The notes beneath the pieces are model-generated. The model searched no databases, was not told the origin of the DNA, and saw only the letters and a list, made by a program, of their open reading frames with translations. From NCBI GenBank assembly GCA_045594545.1, contig JAZNYQ010000093.1, forward strand, positions 1 through 62,386: a stretch of 62,386 bases of DNA. Direction: 5' to 3'. A program made the translations under genes and the position numbers. Shown here one piece after another: positions 1-8,691 of this stretch (position 1 is the first letter of the stretch; each line of letters begins with the position of its first letter). Origin of the DNA: Eubacteriales bacterium. Lineage in GTDB: Bacteria; Bacillota; Clostridia; Oscillospirales; UMGS1783.

Positions 1-6
1 GGAGAA

Positions 7-978
7 TCAGGTAAAATCTTTGATTTTATTCAATGGATTTGCTTTTGCGGCGTCTTCTAATTGCGTCTCGCCCAAATGAGTATAAATTTGCGTTGTGCCT
101 AAGTTTTCGTGGCCTAATACTTCTTTCAAAACGCGAATATCAACACCATTTTGAAACATTAGGGTTGCCGCTGTATGCCGCAATTTATGTACGGAATATC
201 GTTGCGGATCCAATCCGGCTTTTTCGATATATTTTTTTACAAGATTTTGCACCATCTGATGGCTGATCCGAGTTCGTCTATTGCTTAAAAATAGCGCATT
301 TTTATCAATAACGCCATCAACGGGGCGTACTTGGCGATAGGCGTTTATAGCATTTAAGCAGGCATCATTCAGATATACAACACGTTCTTTTCCGCCTTTT
401 CCAAAGATACGTAAACGATTTTCAAATATATCAGGTATATCGATGCCGACTAATTCAGATAATCGAATTCCGGTATTTAAAAAAACCATGAGAATGGCAA
501 AGTCGCGCTGGTAGTTTTTTCCATCAACCGCTTTGAGTAATTTTAGACATTCCGGTAACTCCAAATAAACAGGAAGTTTATGTTGGGGCTTGGGGAGGTC
601 AAGATCCGCAACCGGATTTTTTTCTAATAAACCGACTTTAACGGTTAAATACTTGTAAAAGCTTTTTAATGTAGATGCTTTGCGTGCACGGGTTCGATTT
701 TTGTTTTTTCTCTCAGAATCCATATAAATGAAGAAATCATAGATATCTGATATGGTAATGGATTCAATCAGTTTTATGTCAATGATGCTGATATCAATTT
801 CATGAAATGCAATGGATTTGGGGCAAAGATTTTTTTTAAGAATAATAAATCGAAAGAATGTCCGCAAATCCAAATAATATTCCAGAATTGTTTTTTCAGA
901 CCGTCCACGAATGGTTTGAGAATAGATTAAAAAGCCACGGATTGGTTCCGGAGCCTCAAATATCGATATTTTAGCCAT
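7..978 (-). CDS. Tyrosine-type site-specific recombinase, XerC/XerD family
   Basis: 323-aa ORF. The C-terminal catalytic region reads HKLRHTAATLM...LGHENLGTTQIYTHL (H-x-x-R box and Tyr nucleophile), and an earlier NTGIRLSEL carries the Arg box. A GGGGGAG SD lies just upstream of the ATG at 978. Confidence 0.85.
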   Translation of the reverse strand: MAKISIFEAPEPIRGFLIYSQTIRGRSEKTILEYYLDLRTFFRFIILKKNLCPKSIAFHEIDISIIDIKLIESITISDIYDFFIYMDSERKNKNRTRARKASTLKSFYKYLTVKVGLLEKNPVADLDLPKPQHKLPVYLELPECLKLLKAVDGKNYQRDFAILMVFLNTGIRLSELVGIDIPDIFENRLRIFGKGGKERVVYLNDACLNAINAYRQVRPVDGVIDKNALFLSNRRTRISHQMVQNLVKKYIEKAGLDPQRYSVHKLRHTAATLMFQNGVDIRVLKEVLGHENLGTTQIYTHLGETQLEDAAKANPLNKIKDFT

Positions 979-1059
979 TTTTACTCCCCCTTATTATGCA
1001 AAACATTTATTTTGTTTAATTTTATCATAAAATATATTCCCTGTCAAGAGGAGAAAACT

Positions 1060-1971
1060 ATGTGGAATGAACTCGTAATTACTGTTAAATCGTCAGATTG
1101 TGAACTGGCATCAAATGTGTTGACTGTATTAAATCATGATGGTATGTTCATTGAAGATTATTCGGATTTAATGGAAAATGAAGCAGTGAAGCAAACAAAT
1201 TTAGTAGAAAAAGATTTATTGGATAAAATTCAAAACGATTCGATTCTTCATTTATACATCTCCCCTGCTTCCAATCTTACTGAAATGGCGCAGACAGCCC
1301 AATCCTTGTTGCAGCAAAATCAAATAGAATTTACGATAAAAATTAATGAAATTCCGGATAAGAACTGGAATGAAGAATGGATGAAATATTATAAGCCGGT
1401 GCATATTACCGATCGGTTGACCATTGTCCCTCAATGGATTGATTATAAAGCAAGCCCTAATGAGCAAGTTGTTTTGTTGGATCCGGGGGCAGCATTTGGT
1501 ACAGGCACCCATGAAACGACAAAACTTTGCTTATCCTTACTGGACAAGTTCATTGAAACAGATGATACCCTATTGGATGTTGGTACAGGAAGTGGAATTT
1601 TAGCCATTACAGGGCTTTTACTGGGTGCAAAATGTGCAGATGCTATTGACATTGACCCGCTATCTGTTAAAGCGGCAAAGGAAAATGCCGAATTAAACGC
1701 AGTAGAAAATAGGCTAAACGTCAAACTTGGTAATTTATTAGATCATGTCAAAGGGCAATATGATGTGATTACCGCAAATATTGTTGCCGATGTTATTATT
1801 TCAATGCTTGCCGATTTGAAAGCCTTTATGAAAACAGAAGGTGTTTTAATTATATCCGGCATCATTCGGGAGCGCGAAGCGGATGTTGAATATGCGCTTA
1901 AACAATATCATTATAATATTGAAGAAAAACTTCAGGATGGCGAATGGACGGCATTTGCTGTTAGAAAATAA
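1060..1971 (+). CDS. prmA: Ribosomal protein L11 methyltransferase
   Basis: ORF 1012..1971. The likely true start is the ATG at 1060 (MWNELVI...), preceded by GAGGAG. PrmA-like motifs: AFGTGTHETT and the SAM-binding LDVGTGSGILAI. Confidence 0.9.
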   Translation: MWNELVITVKSSDCELASNVLTVLNHDGMFIEDYSDLMENEAVKQTNLVEKDLLDKIQNDSILHLYISPASNLTEMAQTAQSLLQQNQIEFTIKINEIPDKNWNEEWMKYYKPVHITDRLTIVPQWIDYKASPNEQVVLLDPGAAFGTGTHETTKLCLSLLDKFIETDDTLLDVGTGSGILAITGLLLGAKCADAIDIDPLSVKAAKENAELNAVENRLNVKLGNLLDHVKGQYDVITANIVADVIISMLADLKAFMKTEGVLIISGIIREREADVEYALKQYHYNIEEKLQDGEWTAFAVRK

Positions 1972-1976
1972 AGTAA

Positions 1977-2009
1977 AGCACCGCTAATGTTTTAGCGGTG
2001 CTTGTTTTT
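1977..2009. terminator. Bidirectional intrinsic terminator between prmA (+) and the aminopeptidase gene (-)
   Basis: Perfect 11-bp stem AGCACCGCTAA / TTAGCGGTGCT with loop TGTT, followed by TGTTTTT on the plus strand and an A/T run on the other side. Confidence 0.75.
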
Positions 2010-3408
2010 ATGCTTCTCGTAGGAAACACTCAATGGCTCGATGGGTCATATAAACATCTAATTTGCTAACAATTTCATAAGGAGCATGCATGGAAAGTAC
2101 GCCAACGCCCAGATCCACAACATCAATGTCCATTGCGGCAACATATTTAGCAACCGTACCGCCGCCACCGGCATCAACTTTACCTAACTCCCCTGTTTGC
2201 CAGATAACATGATTGTCGTCTAAAATTTTACGAATTTGTCCTAAGAATTCAGCATTGGCATCGTTGGTGTCGTATTTGCCACCGGAACCGGAGTATTTCA
2301 TGATAATTGCGCCGTAATTAAGCTTTGTTGTGTTTCTCTTTTCAAACACTTCAGGATAGGTCGGATCAAATGCAGCATTCACATCAGCCGATAAACATTT
2401 GGAATTTCTCATGCATTCGCGAACATTCGCATTGGTTCCAGCACAAAGTTCAGTGATAAAATTTTTTACGTAGTCTGCCTTCAGTCCGGTATTGCCGGAA
2501 GATCCTATTTCTTCTCGATCGGTTAAAATACCAATTATCGTCTTTCCGGAGCTGTTATTAGCCAATAAGCCGGTTAATACAGGATAGGCACAAACATGGT
2601 CATCATGCCCGTACGAACCAATCATGGAGCGGTCGAAGCCAACATCCTGTGCTTTGTAGGCAGGGACAACGCAAAGATCAGCAGACAGAAAATCTTCTTC
2701 CGTAATATCATATTTATCATAAAGTAAATTTAAAATATTTAATTTGACCTTCTCGGAAGCCTTGTCATCCTTAAACGGGCAACTGCCAATCAGCACATTT
2801 AGTGCCTCACCAACAATCGCTTCGCCAAGCGGTTTGGTTACTTGTGCTTTTGACAGATGTGGCAACAGATCGGTTACACAGAAAACAGGTTCGTCCTCTT
2901 GCTCACCAATGCAAACCGTAATCACTTCCCCATTCTTCTTGGCGATCACGCCATGCAAAGCCAGAGGAATGGCTGTCCATTGATATTTCTTAATACCGCC
3001 ATAATAGTGTGTTTTAAATAAGCACAACTCGCTATCTTCATATATAGGAGCAGGCTTCAAATCCAGACGAGGACTATCAATATGAGCGGCCGCAATATTA
3101 ATCCCTTGATTCATGGGGATAGAACCGATAATAGCAAAAATAATAGAACAGGAACGATTGTTGTAATAAACTTTATCACCGGTTTTATAGGTAGCTCCAA
3201 AGGTAAACGGTTTAAAGCCATTCTTTTCCAAAAGGTCAATGGCATAGGTTACGCACTCGCGCTCCGTTTTCCCTTTATTTAAGAAATTTTTATATTCGAT
3301 ACAATAGGAAAATGCAGCAGCTTCCTCTTCAGAAGTAATGCGGTCAAAGCCGTTTTTCGGCTCATAAAAGAGTTTTTCCCGCAAGGCTTCACCCGTTGTT
3401 TTTTCCAT
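2008..3408 (-). CDS. M18-family aminopeptidase (aspartyl aminopeptidase-like)
   Basis: 466-aa ORF with AAHIDSPRLDLKP and later GHDDHVCAY / EEIGS metal-ligand style motifs typical of M18/M42-fold aminopeptidases. GGAGGA SD upstream of the ATG at 3408. Confidence 0.8.
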   Translation of the reverse strand: MEKTTGEALREKLFYEPKNGFDRITSEEEAAAFSYCIEYKNFLNKGKTERECVTYAIDLLEKNGFKPFTFGATYKTGDKVYYNNRSCSIIFAIIGSIPMNQGINIAAAHIDSPRLDLKPAPIYEDSELCLFKTHYYGGIKKYQWTAIPLALHGVIAKKNGEVITVCIGEQEDEPVFCVTDLLPHLSKAQVTKPLGEAIVGEALNVLIGSCPFKDDKASEKVKLNILNLLYDKYDITEEDFLSADLCVVPAYKAQDVGFDRSMIGSYGHDDHVCAYPVLTGLLANNSSGKTIIGILTDREEIGSSGNTGLKADYVKNFITELCAGTNANVRECMRNSKCLSADVNAAFDPTYPEVFEKRNTTKLNYGAIIMKYSGSGGKYDTNDANAEFLGQIRKILDDNHVIWQTGELGKVDAGGGGTVAKYVAAMDIDVVDLGVGVLSMHAPYEIVSKLDVYMTHRAIECFLREA

Positions 3409-3425
3409 AATTCAATATCCTCCTA

Positions 3426-4013
3426 CTATTCAAAAATCTTGTTATAAATATAATGTATTTGCTTGGATACGTGCTTAAAATTTCTATTGTTTTTAATGAT
3501 AAAGTCTGCATAAGAACAATAAAAATCATCATTTTTTTGTGCGGATATCCTCTGGATTGCTCGCTTAAATGGCAGGTTGTCCCGACGCATAATACGAAGC
3601 AGACGTTTCCATCTTGGGCAAATTACAGCAATAACATAATCGCAGGTATCTAAATATCCGCTTTCGGCTAATGCGGCAGCATCAATAATAACACCTTTTG
3701 CCGAAGAAACACTCTGAATGTGCTGCTCCGTTCTCTCTAAAATGTATTTATGGGTAATTTGGTTAAGTTTTTTTGTTTGCTCTGCAGATGAAAAGGCTAA
3801 CTCCGCTAATATTTTTCGGTTCAGTGATCCATCCTTCTGCAGGATGGAGTTACCGAAATGAGCAACAAGTTCCTTCAGGCACGGTGAACCGGGCTCTACG
3901 ACCTCACGAGCCACGATATCGCAATCAATATGTACTAATCCTAGATTGGTAAAATAGTTCGCAACGGTAGATTTGCCGCAGCCCGAACCGCCAATAAGGC
4001 CGATTTTTTTCAT
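3426..4013 (-). CDS. coaE: Dephospho-CoA kinase
   Basis: 195-aa ORF with N-terminal P-loop IGLIGGSGCGKST. Size and layout are typical of CoaE. Confidence 0.85.
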   Translation of the reverse strand: MKKIGLIGGSGCGKSTVANYFTNLGLVHIDCDIVAREVVEPGSPCLKELVAHFGNSILQKDGSLNRKILAELAFSSAEQTKKLNQITHKYILERTEQHIQSVSSAKGVIIDAAALAESGYLDTCDYVIAVICPRWKRLLRIMRRDNLPFKRAIQRISAQKNDDFYCSYADFIIKNNRNFKHVSKQIHYIYNKIFE

Positions 4014-4022
4014 AGTGCCTCC

Positions 4023-5051
4023 TCAAACATCGATACGGGAAAATCCGGATGCTTTTAACAAGCGATTGTAAACCCCTAAAAATTCACCGTCACAGCGGCA
4101 AAGTCTGGCATAAATTTGTGTTACCTGTTTGTCATCAAATTGCCGTAAGGCTGAGAAAAGGCGCTGAGAAAGGACATGCGCATTATTGGCATCTCCCAAA
4201 CTGATAATATGCCCACAATTGAATAATTTTTCTTCACCGTCAAAGCACAAAATGCCGGTAGTATCTGTTGCCTGGTTTCTAATATATGACAGGACGTCTT
4301 TTGCCTCCCCCGCAATTATATAAAGCGGACAATTGGGGGCATAATGTCGGTATTTCATACCCGGAGATTGTACTTGACTATCATCCGGCAATTGTGCCTC
4401 AATCGCGGGCGATATTGCAATCGGGCCGATAATCTCTTCAATGGCCTCTCTGCTGATAATACCGGGGCGTAAAAGCAACGGCATATCATCAACCATGGAA
4501 ATGACAGTACTTTCAACACCAACCGTGCAAGGGCCTCCATCGAGAATAAGGGGGATTTTTCCGTTCATGTCTTCCAGTACGTGTTGCGCTGTTGTTGGAC
4601 TTGGCCGACCCGATCGATTAGCGCTCGGTGCCGCAATTGGAAGGCCGCAGGCGGCAATAAAGGCTCGGGCAATCTCATTTTGAGGACACCGTAAACCAAC
4701 CGTATCTAAACCACAGGTTACTTCTTTTGCGATACAGGGAGCGCTTTTTACAACAATTGTCAACGGACCGGGCCAAAATTTTTCAGCCAAGAGTATTGCT
4801 TTTTCATTGATTTGTTCGCCATATAGATACATGTCCTGTATGGTTGCAATATGAACAATAAGTGGGTTATCCTGCGGTCGTCCCTTTGCCTGAAAGATTC
4901 GTCGGACGGCATCTGCATTTTTAGCGTTTGCCCCCAAACCATATACGGTTTCGGTGGGAAAGCCTACGATCTCCCCCATTTGAATCCGTGACACCGCTTG
5001 CCGTATGGCGTCACAGTCAGGAAATTTTATTTCGGTATAATAGTTATTCAT
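4023..5051 (-). CDS. tsaC: L-threonylcarbamoyladenylate synthase (long Sua5/YwlC type)
   Basis: 342-aa ORF. The YrdC-domain signature is VGFPTETVYGLGANA...KGRP.DNPLIVHI, followed by a C-terminal Sua5 domain. It overlaps the prfA stop by 4 nt (ATGA). Confidence 0.85.
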   Translation of the reverse strand: MNNYYTEIKFPDCDAIRQAVSRIQMGEIVGFPTETVYGLGANAKNADAVRRIFQAKGRPQDNPLIVHIATIQDMYLYGEQINEKAILLAEKFWPGPLTIVVKSAPCIAKEVTCGLDTVGLRCPQNEIARAFIAACGLPIAAPSANRSGRPSPTTAQHVLEDMNGKIPLILDGGPCTVGVESTVISMVDDMPLLLRPGIISREAIEEIIGPIAISPAIEAQLPDDSQVQSPGMKYRHYAPNCPLYIIAGEAKDVLSYIRNQATDTTGILCFDGEEKLFNCGHIISLGDANNAHVLSQRLFSALRQFDDKQVTQIYARLCRCDGEFLGVYNRLLKASGFSRIDV

Positions 5052-6118
5052 ATAATGTCAGCCTTCAGTTTTTCTGCTTGTGCATTGGCGATTAATGCTT
5101 CCAGAATTTCATCAATTTCCCCATTCATAAAGGATTCCAATTTATAAATCGTCATTCCAATGCGGTGATCGGTAATGCGCCCTTGCGGAAAATTATAGGT
5201 TCGAATTCTTTCACTACGATCCCCTGACCCCACCTGATCTTTTCGAGCGGCAGATATTTTGTCGGCCTGCTCTTTTTGTTTTTGATCATAAAGACGGGAA
5301 CGTAGAATTTTTAACGCTTTATCTTTGTTTTTAAATTGACTTCTCTCATCCTGACATTCTACAACAAGACCGGTCGGCTTATGCGTTACACGAATGGCCG
5401 ATGAAGTTTTGTTAACATGTTGACCACCGGCACCCGAAGAACGGAACGTGTCAATTTCAATGTCTTTCGGATCAATAAATATCGTAACATCATCAGCCTC
5501 AGGCAAAACAGCAACTGTGACCGCTGAGGTATGAATGCGTCCGGAAGATTCGGTTTCCGGTACGCGCTGTACACGGTGAGCACCGCTTTCAAATTTCAAA
5601 CGACTGTACACGCCGTCACCCTCAACAAGAAAAGTAATCTCTTTATAACCGCCAAGTTCCGTATTGTTTTCCGATAGGATGTCGATTTTATAGCCGTGTG
5701 TTTCTGCATACATACAGTACATACGGAATAGCGCACCGGCAAACAACATAGCCTCCTCCCCGCCTACACCGGCACGAATTTCAACAATGGCACTTTTGTC
5801 GTCATCCTCATCTTTCGGTAACAGTAGAATTTTCAGTTCATTTTCCAGTTGAGGTAATTTTTCTTTTGCTGAAAAATATTCTTCCGTAACCATTTGCTTA
5901 AAGTCGGCATCCAGTTCGGTCTGAAGCAATTGGTCCGCTTCTTGAAAAGAGTTCAGAACCGACTGATAATCATGAAACTTATTGACGATTGGCTCCAAAT
6001 TTTTTCTTTCTTTCATGAGTTTGCGATATAATTCTTGATTGCAGACAATAGATGGATCCAATAACTTCTCATCAATTTCATTGAATTTATCTGCTATTTT
6101 TTTTAATTTATTGATCAT
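5048..6118 (-). CDS. prfA: Peptide chain release factor 1
   Basis: 356-aa ORF with the GGQ motif (SGAGGQHVNKT) and the RF1-type P-x-T tripeptide (VPETE). Confidence 0.95.
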   Translation of the reverse strand: MINKLKKIADKFNEIDEKLLDPSIVCNQELYRKLMKERKNLEPIVNKFHDYQSVLNSFQEADQLLQTELDADFKQMVTEEYFSAKEKLPQLENELKILLLPKDEDDDKSAIVEIRAGVGGEEAMLFAGALFRMYCMYAETHGYKIDILSENNTELGGYKEITFLVEGDGVYSRLKFESGAHRVQRVPETESSGRIHTSAVTVAVLPEADDVTIFIDPKDIEIDTFRSSGAGGQHVNKTSSAIRVTHKPTGLVVECQDERSQFKNKDKALKILRSRLYDQKQKEQADKISAARKDQVGSGDRSERIRTYNFPQGRITDHRIGMTIYKLESFMNGEIDEILEALIANAQAEKLKADII

Positions 6119-6294
6119 TCTACACCTTTTATATTTTTCATGATTTTAATACGAGGAATCATGATCTCACGCCCACATCCGCAACACCGAAGTTTATAAT
6201 CCAATCCGGTTCGCAAAACTTCAAAACGGTTGCTGCCGCATGGGTGCTGTTTTTTTGTTGTGACAATATCTCCTACGTTAATATCCACGATCAT
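6115..6294 (-). CDS. DUF951 (YyzM-like) small protein, 59 aa, not in the supplied ORF track
   Basis: My own translation of the minus strand gives MIVDINVGDIVTTKKQHPCGSNRFEVLRTGLDYKLRCCGCGREIMIPRIKIMKNIKGVE. The KK-x-HPCG-x-N ... C-x-x-CGR ... IPR pattern matches the DUF951 family as I remember it. AGAGG SD upstream. The stop TGA overlaps the prfA ATG (ATGA). Confidence 0.7.
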   Translation of the reverse strand: MIVDINVGDIVTTKKQHPCGSNRFEVLRTGLDYKLRCCGCGREIMIPRIKIMKNIKGVE

Positions 6295-6362
6295 ACCTCT
6301 GTTTATTTCTCTTTATATCATACACCTTTTACTAAAATCTGTAAAGAAAAATAAAAAGATAC

Positions 6363-6391
6363 TTGAAAAAAATCCAAATTAAAAATATAAT
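6363..6391 (+). promoter_or_regulatory. Sigma-A-type promoter for ruvX
   Basis: TTGAAA (6363-6368), a 17-nt spacer, then TATAAT (6386-6391). The ATG of ruvX begins 7 nt after the -10 hexamer. Confidence 0.55.
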
Positions 6392-6397
6392 AAAAAC

Positions 6398-6811
6398 ATG
6401 ATTATTATTGGAATTGATTACGGTGATTCACGAACCGGTATTGCCCGTGTCAATACGGCTTGTCCGATCGTAACACCTGTCGGCACAATTAAGGACAAAT
6501 CCATCGAAGGGGCGGCACAAAAAGCGGCTGAAATAGCACGCAATGAAAAAGCTGAAAAAATAGTGCTTGGACTCCCCTTAAACATGGACGGCACTGAGGG
6601 TGCTCGAGCGGAAAAAACGCGTCTTTTTGCTGATTTATTGCAGAAAAACATAGATGTGGAGATCATCTTCAGTGATGAGCGGCTTAGCAGCAGTTACGCA
6701 CATAATATTATGAATTTTACCGATACCAGAGGGAAAAAGCGTAAGGAAAGCGTGGATGCATTAGCGGCCACTATTATTTTGCAGACGTATGTGGATTCTT
6801 TGTCTTGCTAA
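6398..6811 (+). CDS. ruvX: Putative pre-16S rRNA nuclease / Holliday junction resolvase-like YqgF
   Basis: 137-aa ORF. The N-terminus MIIIGIDYGDSRTGIA is the canonical YqgF start, and LPLNMDGTEG is the central motif. Confidence 0.9.
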   Translation: MIIIGIDYGDSRTGIARVNTACPIVTPVGTIKDKSIEGAAQKAAEIARNEKAEKIVLGLPLNMDGTEGARAEKTRLFADLLQKNIDVEIIFSDERLSSSYAHNIMNFTDTRGKKRKESVDALAATIILQTYVDSLSC

Positions 6812-7145
6812 ACAATTCTTTTGCGCCCATAATTAGCAGAAAAATTCCAAACCCTCGCCTTAAAATCATGATATCAATTCCCATAGATATCCATGCGCCC
6901 AAGGCAGCCCCTATGGACGAGCATAACATGAGCGGAATAAGAACCGATTTTTCTACAACCTTTTGCTTAATAAACAAGAAGGTTGATAACGCCGCGCAAG
7001 GAAGAAAAAATATAAGATTTAAGCCGGCAGCAGGCCTTTGATCCATTTGCTTGATCATAGTCAGATATAACAATAGGATCGATCCTCCGCCAAATCCCAT
7101 ACTGCTCAGTATACCGACGAGAAAGCCAATTATAATATCAACCAT
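6774..7145 (-). CDS. TSUP (TauE/SafE) family half-size membrane protein, second half
   Basis: 123-aa ORF with four hydrophobic segments and the glycine-rich MGFGGGSILLLYL motif typical of a 4-TM TSUP repeat. Confidence 0.7.
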   Translation of the reverse strand: MVDIIIGFLVGILSSMGFGGGSILLLYLTMIKQMDQRPAAGLNLIFFLPCAALSTFLFIKQKVVEKSVLIPLMLCSSIGAALGAWISMGIDIMILRRGFGIFLLIMGAKELFSKTKNPHTSAK

Positions 7146-7488
7146 ATATACAAATTCTCAATCCGCAATACATCATAAATACAGCGAAGCTTTTCCGAAT
7201 AAAGGATGGCTTCGCTTTTTTTAGCAGAAAAACGCCAACCGGTGCCGCGATCATACCACCTAAAATATATTGCCACGAATTCGATAATTGAATATGCCCG
7301 TAAAACCAATATATTACGGTACTGACCAAGCTGGCCGCCAATATCGTAGCTACCGTATAAGCATGAGCTCCTTTATCATCCTGTAAGGTCTTTCGTAATA
7401 AAGGTACGCAGAGCATACCGGCTCCCCCGCCAAGTAATCCGTTTACAATGCCTGTAATTGATCCAATAAGAATTAGTTTCTTTTTCAT
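7138..7488 (-). CDS. TSUP (TauE/SafE) family half-size membrane protein, first half
   Basis: ORF 7138..7545. The likely start is the ATG at 7488 (MKKKLILIGS), preceded by GGGGGAG. It carries the GLLGGGAGMLCVPLL motif and about four TM segments. Its stop overlaps the next half-gene start by 8 nt (ATGGTTGA). Confidence 0.7.
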   Translation of the reverse strand: MKKKLILIGSITGIVNGLLGGGAGMLCVPLLRKTLQDDKGAHAYTVATILAASLVSTVIYWFYGHIQLSNSWQYILGGMIAAPVGVFLLKKAKPSFIRKSFAVFMMYCGLRICIYG

Positions 7489-7552
7489 AAATACTCCCCC
7501 ATCATTTGTCTTAGTATGTCCATAAAACAAAAGGATAAGCATCATTTAATGC

Positions 7553-8689
7553 TTATCCTTTATAATAGTCAGACAATCGACAAATAATGGAATTGGACAC
7601 TCGAAATCCTTGTTCCGTTAAAGCAAATCCTTTATCGTTCATATTAATAAGCGCATGTGATGACAATTCCCTTAGCTGTGTTTTCATCTCAGATATGTTG
7701 AAATAAGGGTACAATTCATCAAAAGAAACGCCGGATTTTAGCCGAGCTCCTGTCACCAGCCGTTCATAAGCCAAAGAGGAATCGGTTAAACGCTCCTCTG
7801 TAATAATGTTGCTTTTTCCGGCAATATAGTTCTCCAAATTACACTCCCGAGAATACCGTATACCATTGATGTAGGAGTGCGCACCGGGCCCAAGCCCAAG
7901 ATAAGGTTTACTATTCCAATATTTTAAATTATGACGGCAAGCATAGTCGGGTTTTGCAAAATTAGAGATTTCGTAATGTTCATAACCATGATTGGACATT
8001 CGACGGCAAAGCAGATCATACATCGCATCTTCGTCATCATCCGAGGCAAATTGATAGTCATTAACAGTTTGATGTAAGGGGGTATGCTCCTGAATCGTCA
8101 AATTATAACAGGAAATATGCGGAGGATCTAATTGCAGAAGTTGATCTAAGGTTTGAGAAAATACAGATGCGTGATCGCCTTGACAACGCTGATGCCCTAC
8201 TCCGAACATAATATCGATATTGATATTCTTAAATCCTGCCTTTAAGCAATCCCTATAGGCTCGAATAATGCACTCCCGATCATGGATTCTTCCTAAATCC
8301 AAAAGTTCATCATTGCAAAAACTTTGCGCCCCCATGCTGATACGATTGATTCCGGTTTCTTTTAACCGAATTAATAGTTCTAACGTAAGAGATTCCGGAT
8401 TGGCTTCACAAGTCATTTCGGCATCGAATGTAAAGTGAAATGTTTTACATGCAGAGTTTGCAATTTCAATTAAGCAATCACCAATAACTGATGGTGTTCC
8501 TCCGCCTATAAAAAGTGTGTCGAAGTCATATTCTTGAAATGTTTTTTGATGTTCCTTCATTTCCTGAATCAACGCATCGGTATAACGGCGGATCCAAGAT
8601 GGATCCGCCGCTACGGAATAAAAATCACAGTATTTACATTTCTGTTTGCAAAATGGGATATGGATATAAAGTCCAAGTGCTTGTCGCAT
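7553..8689 (-). CDS. hemW: Radical SAM heme chaperone HemW (oxygen-independent coproporphyrinogen oxidase-like)
   Basis: 378-aa ORF with the CKQKCKYCDF CxxxCxxC radical-SAM motif near the N-terminus. The position directly after lepA is conserved in Firmicutes. Confidence 0.85.
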   Translation of the reverse strand: MRQALGLYIHIPFCKQKCKYCDFYSVAADPSWIRRYTDALIQEMKEHQKTFQEYDFDTLFIGGGTPSVIGDCLIEIANSACKTFHFTFDAEMTCEANPESLTLELLIRLKETGINRISMGAQSFCNDELLDLGRIHDRECIIRAYRDCLKAGFKNINIDIMFGVGHQRCQGDHASVFSQTLDQLLQLDPPHISCYNLTIQEHTPLHQTVNDYQFASDDDEDAMYDLLCRRMSNHGYEHYEISNFAKPDYACRHNLKYWNSKPYLGLGPGAHSYINGIRYSRECNLENYIAGKSNIITEERLTDSSLAYERLVTGARLKSGVSFDELYPYFNISEMKTQLRELSSHALINMNDKGFALTEQGFRVSNSIICRLSDYYKG

Positions 8690-8691
8690 AT

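Noticed and set aside
6115-6294. My first guess was ribosomal protein L31 (rpmE), because a small Cys-containing ORF sits upstream of prfA.
   Set aside because: The translation (…KKQHPCGSNRFEV…CCGCGREIMIPR…) does not resemble L31. It fits the DUF951 pattern instead, so it is reported as DUF951."
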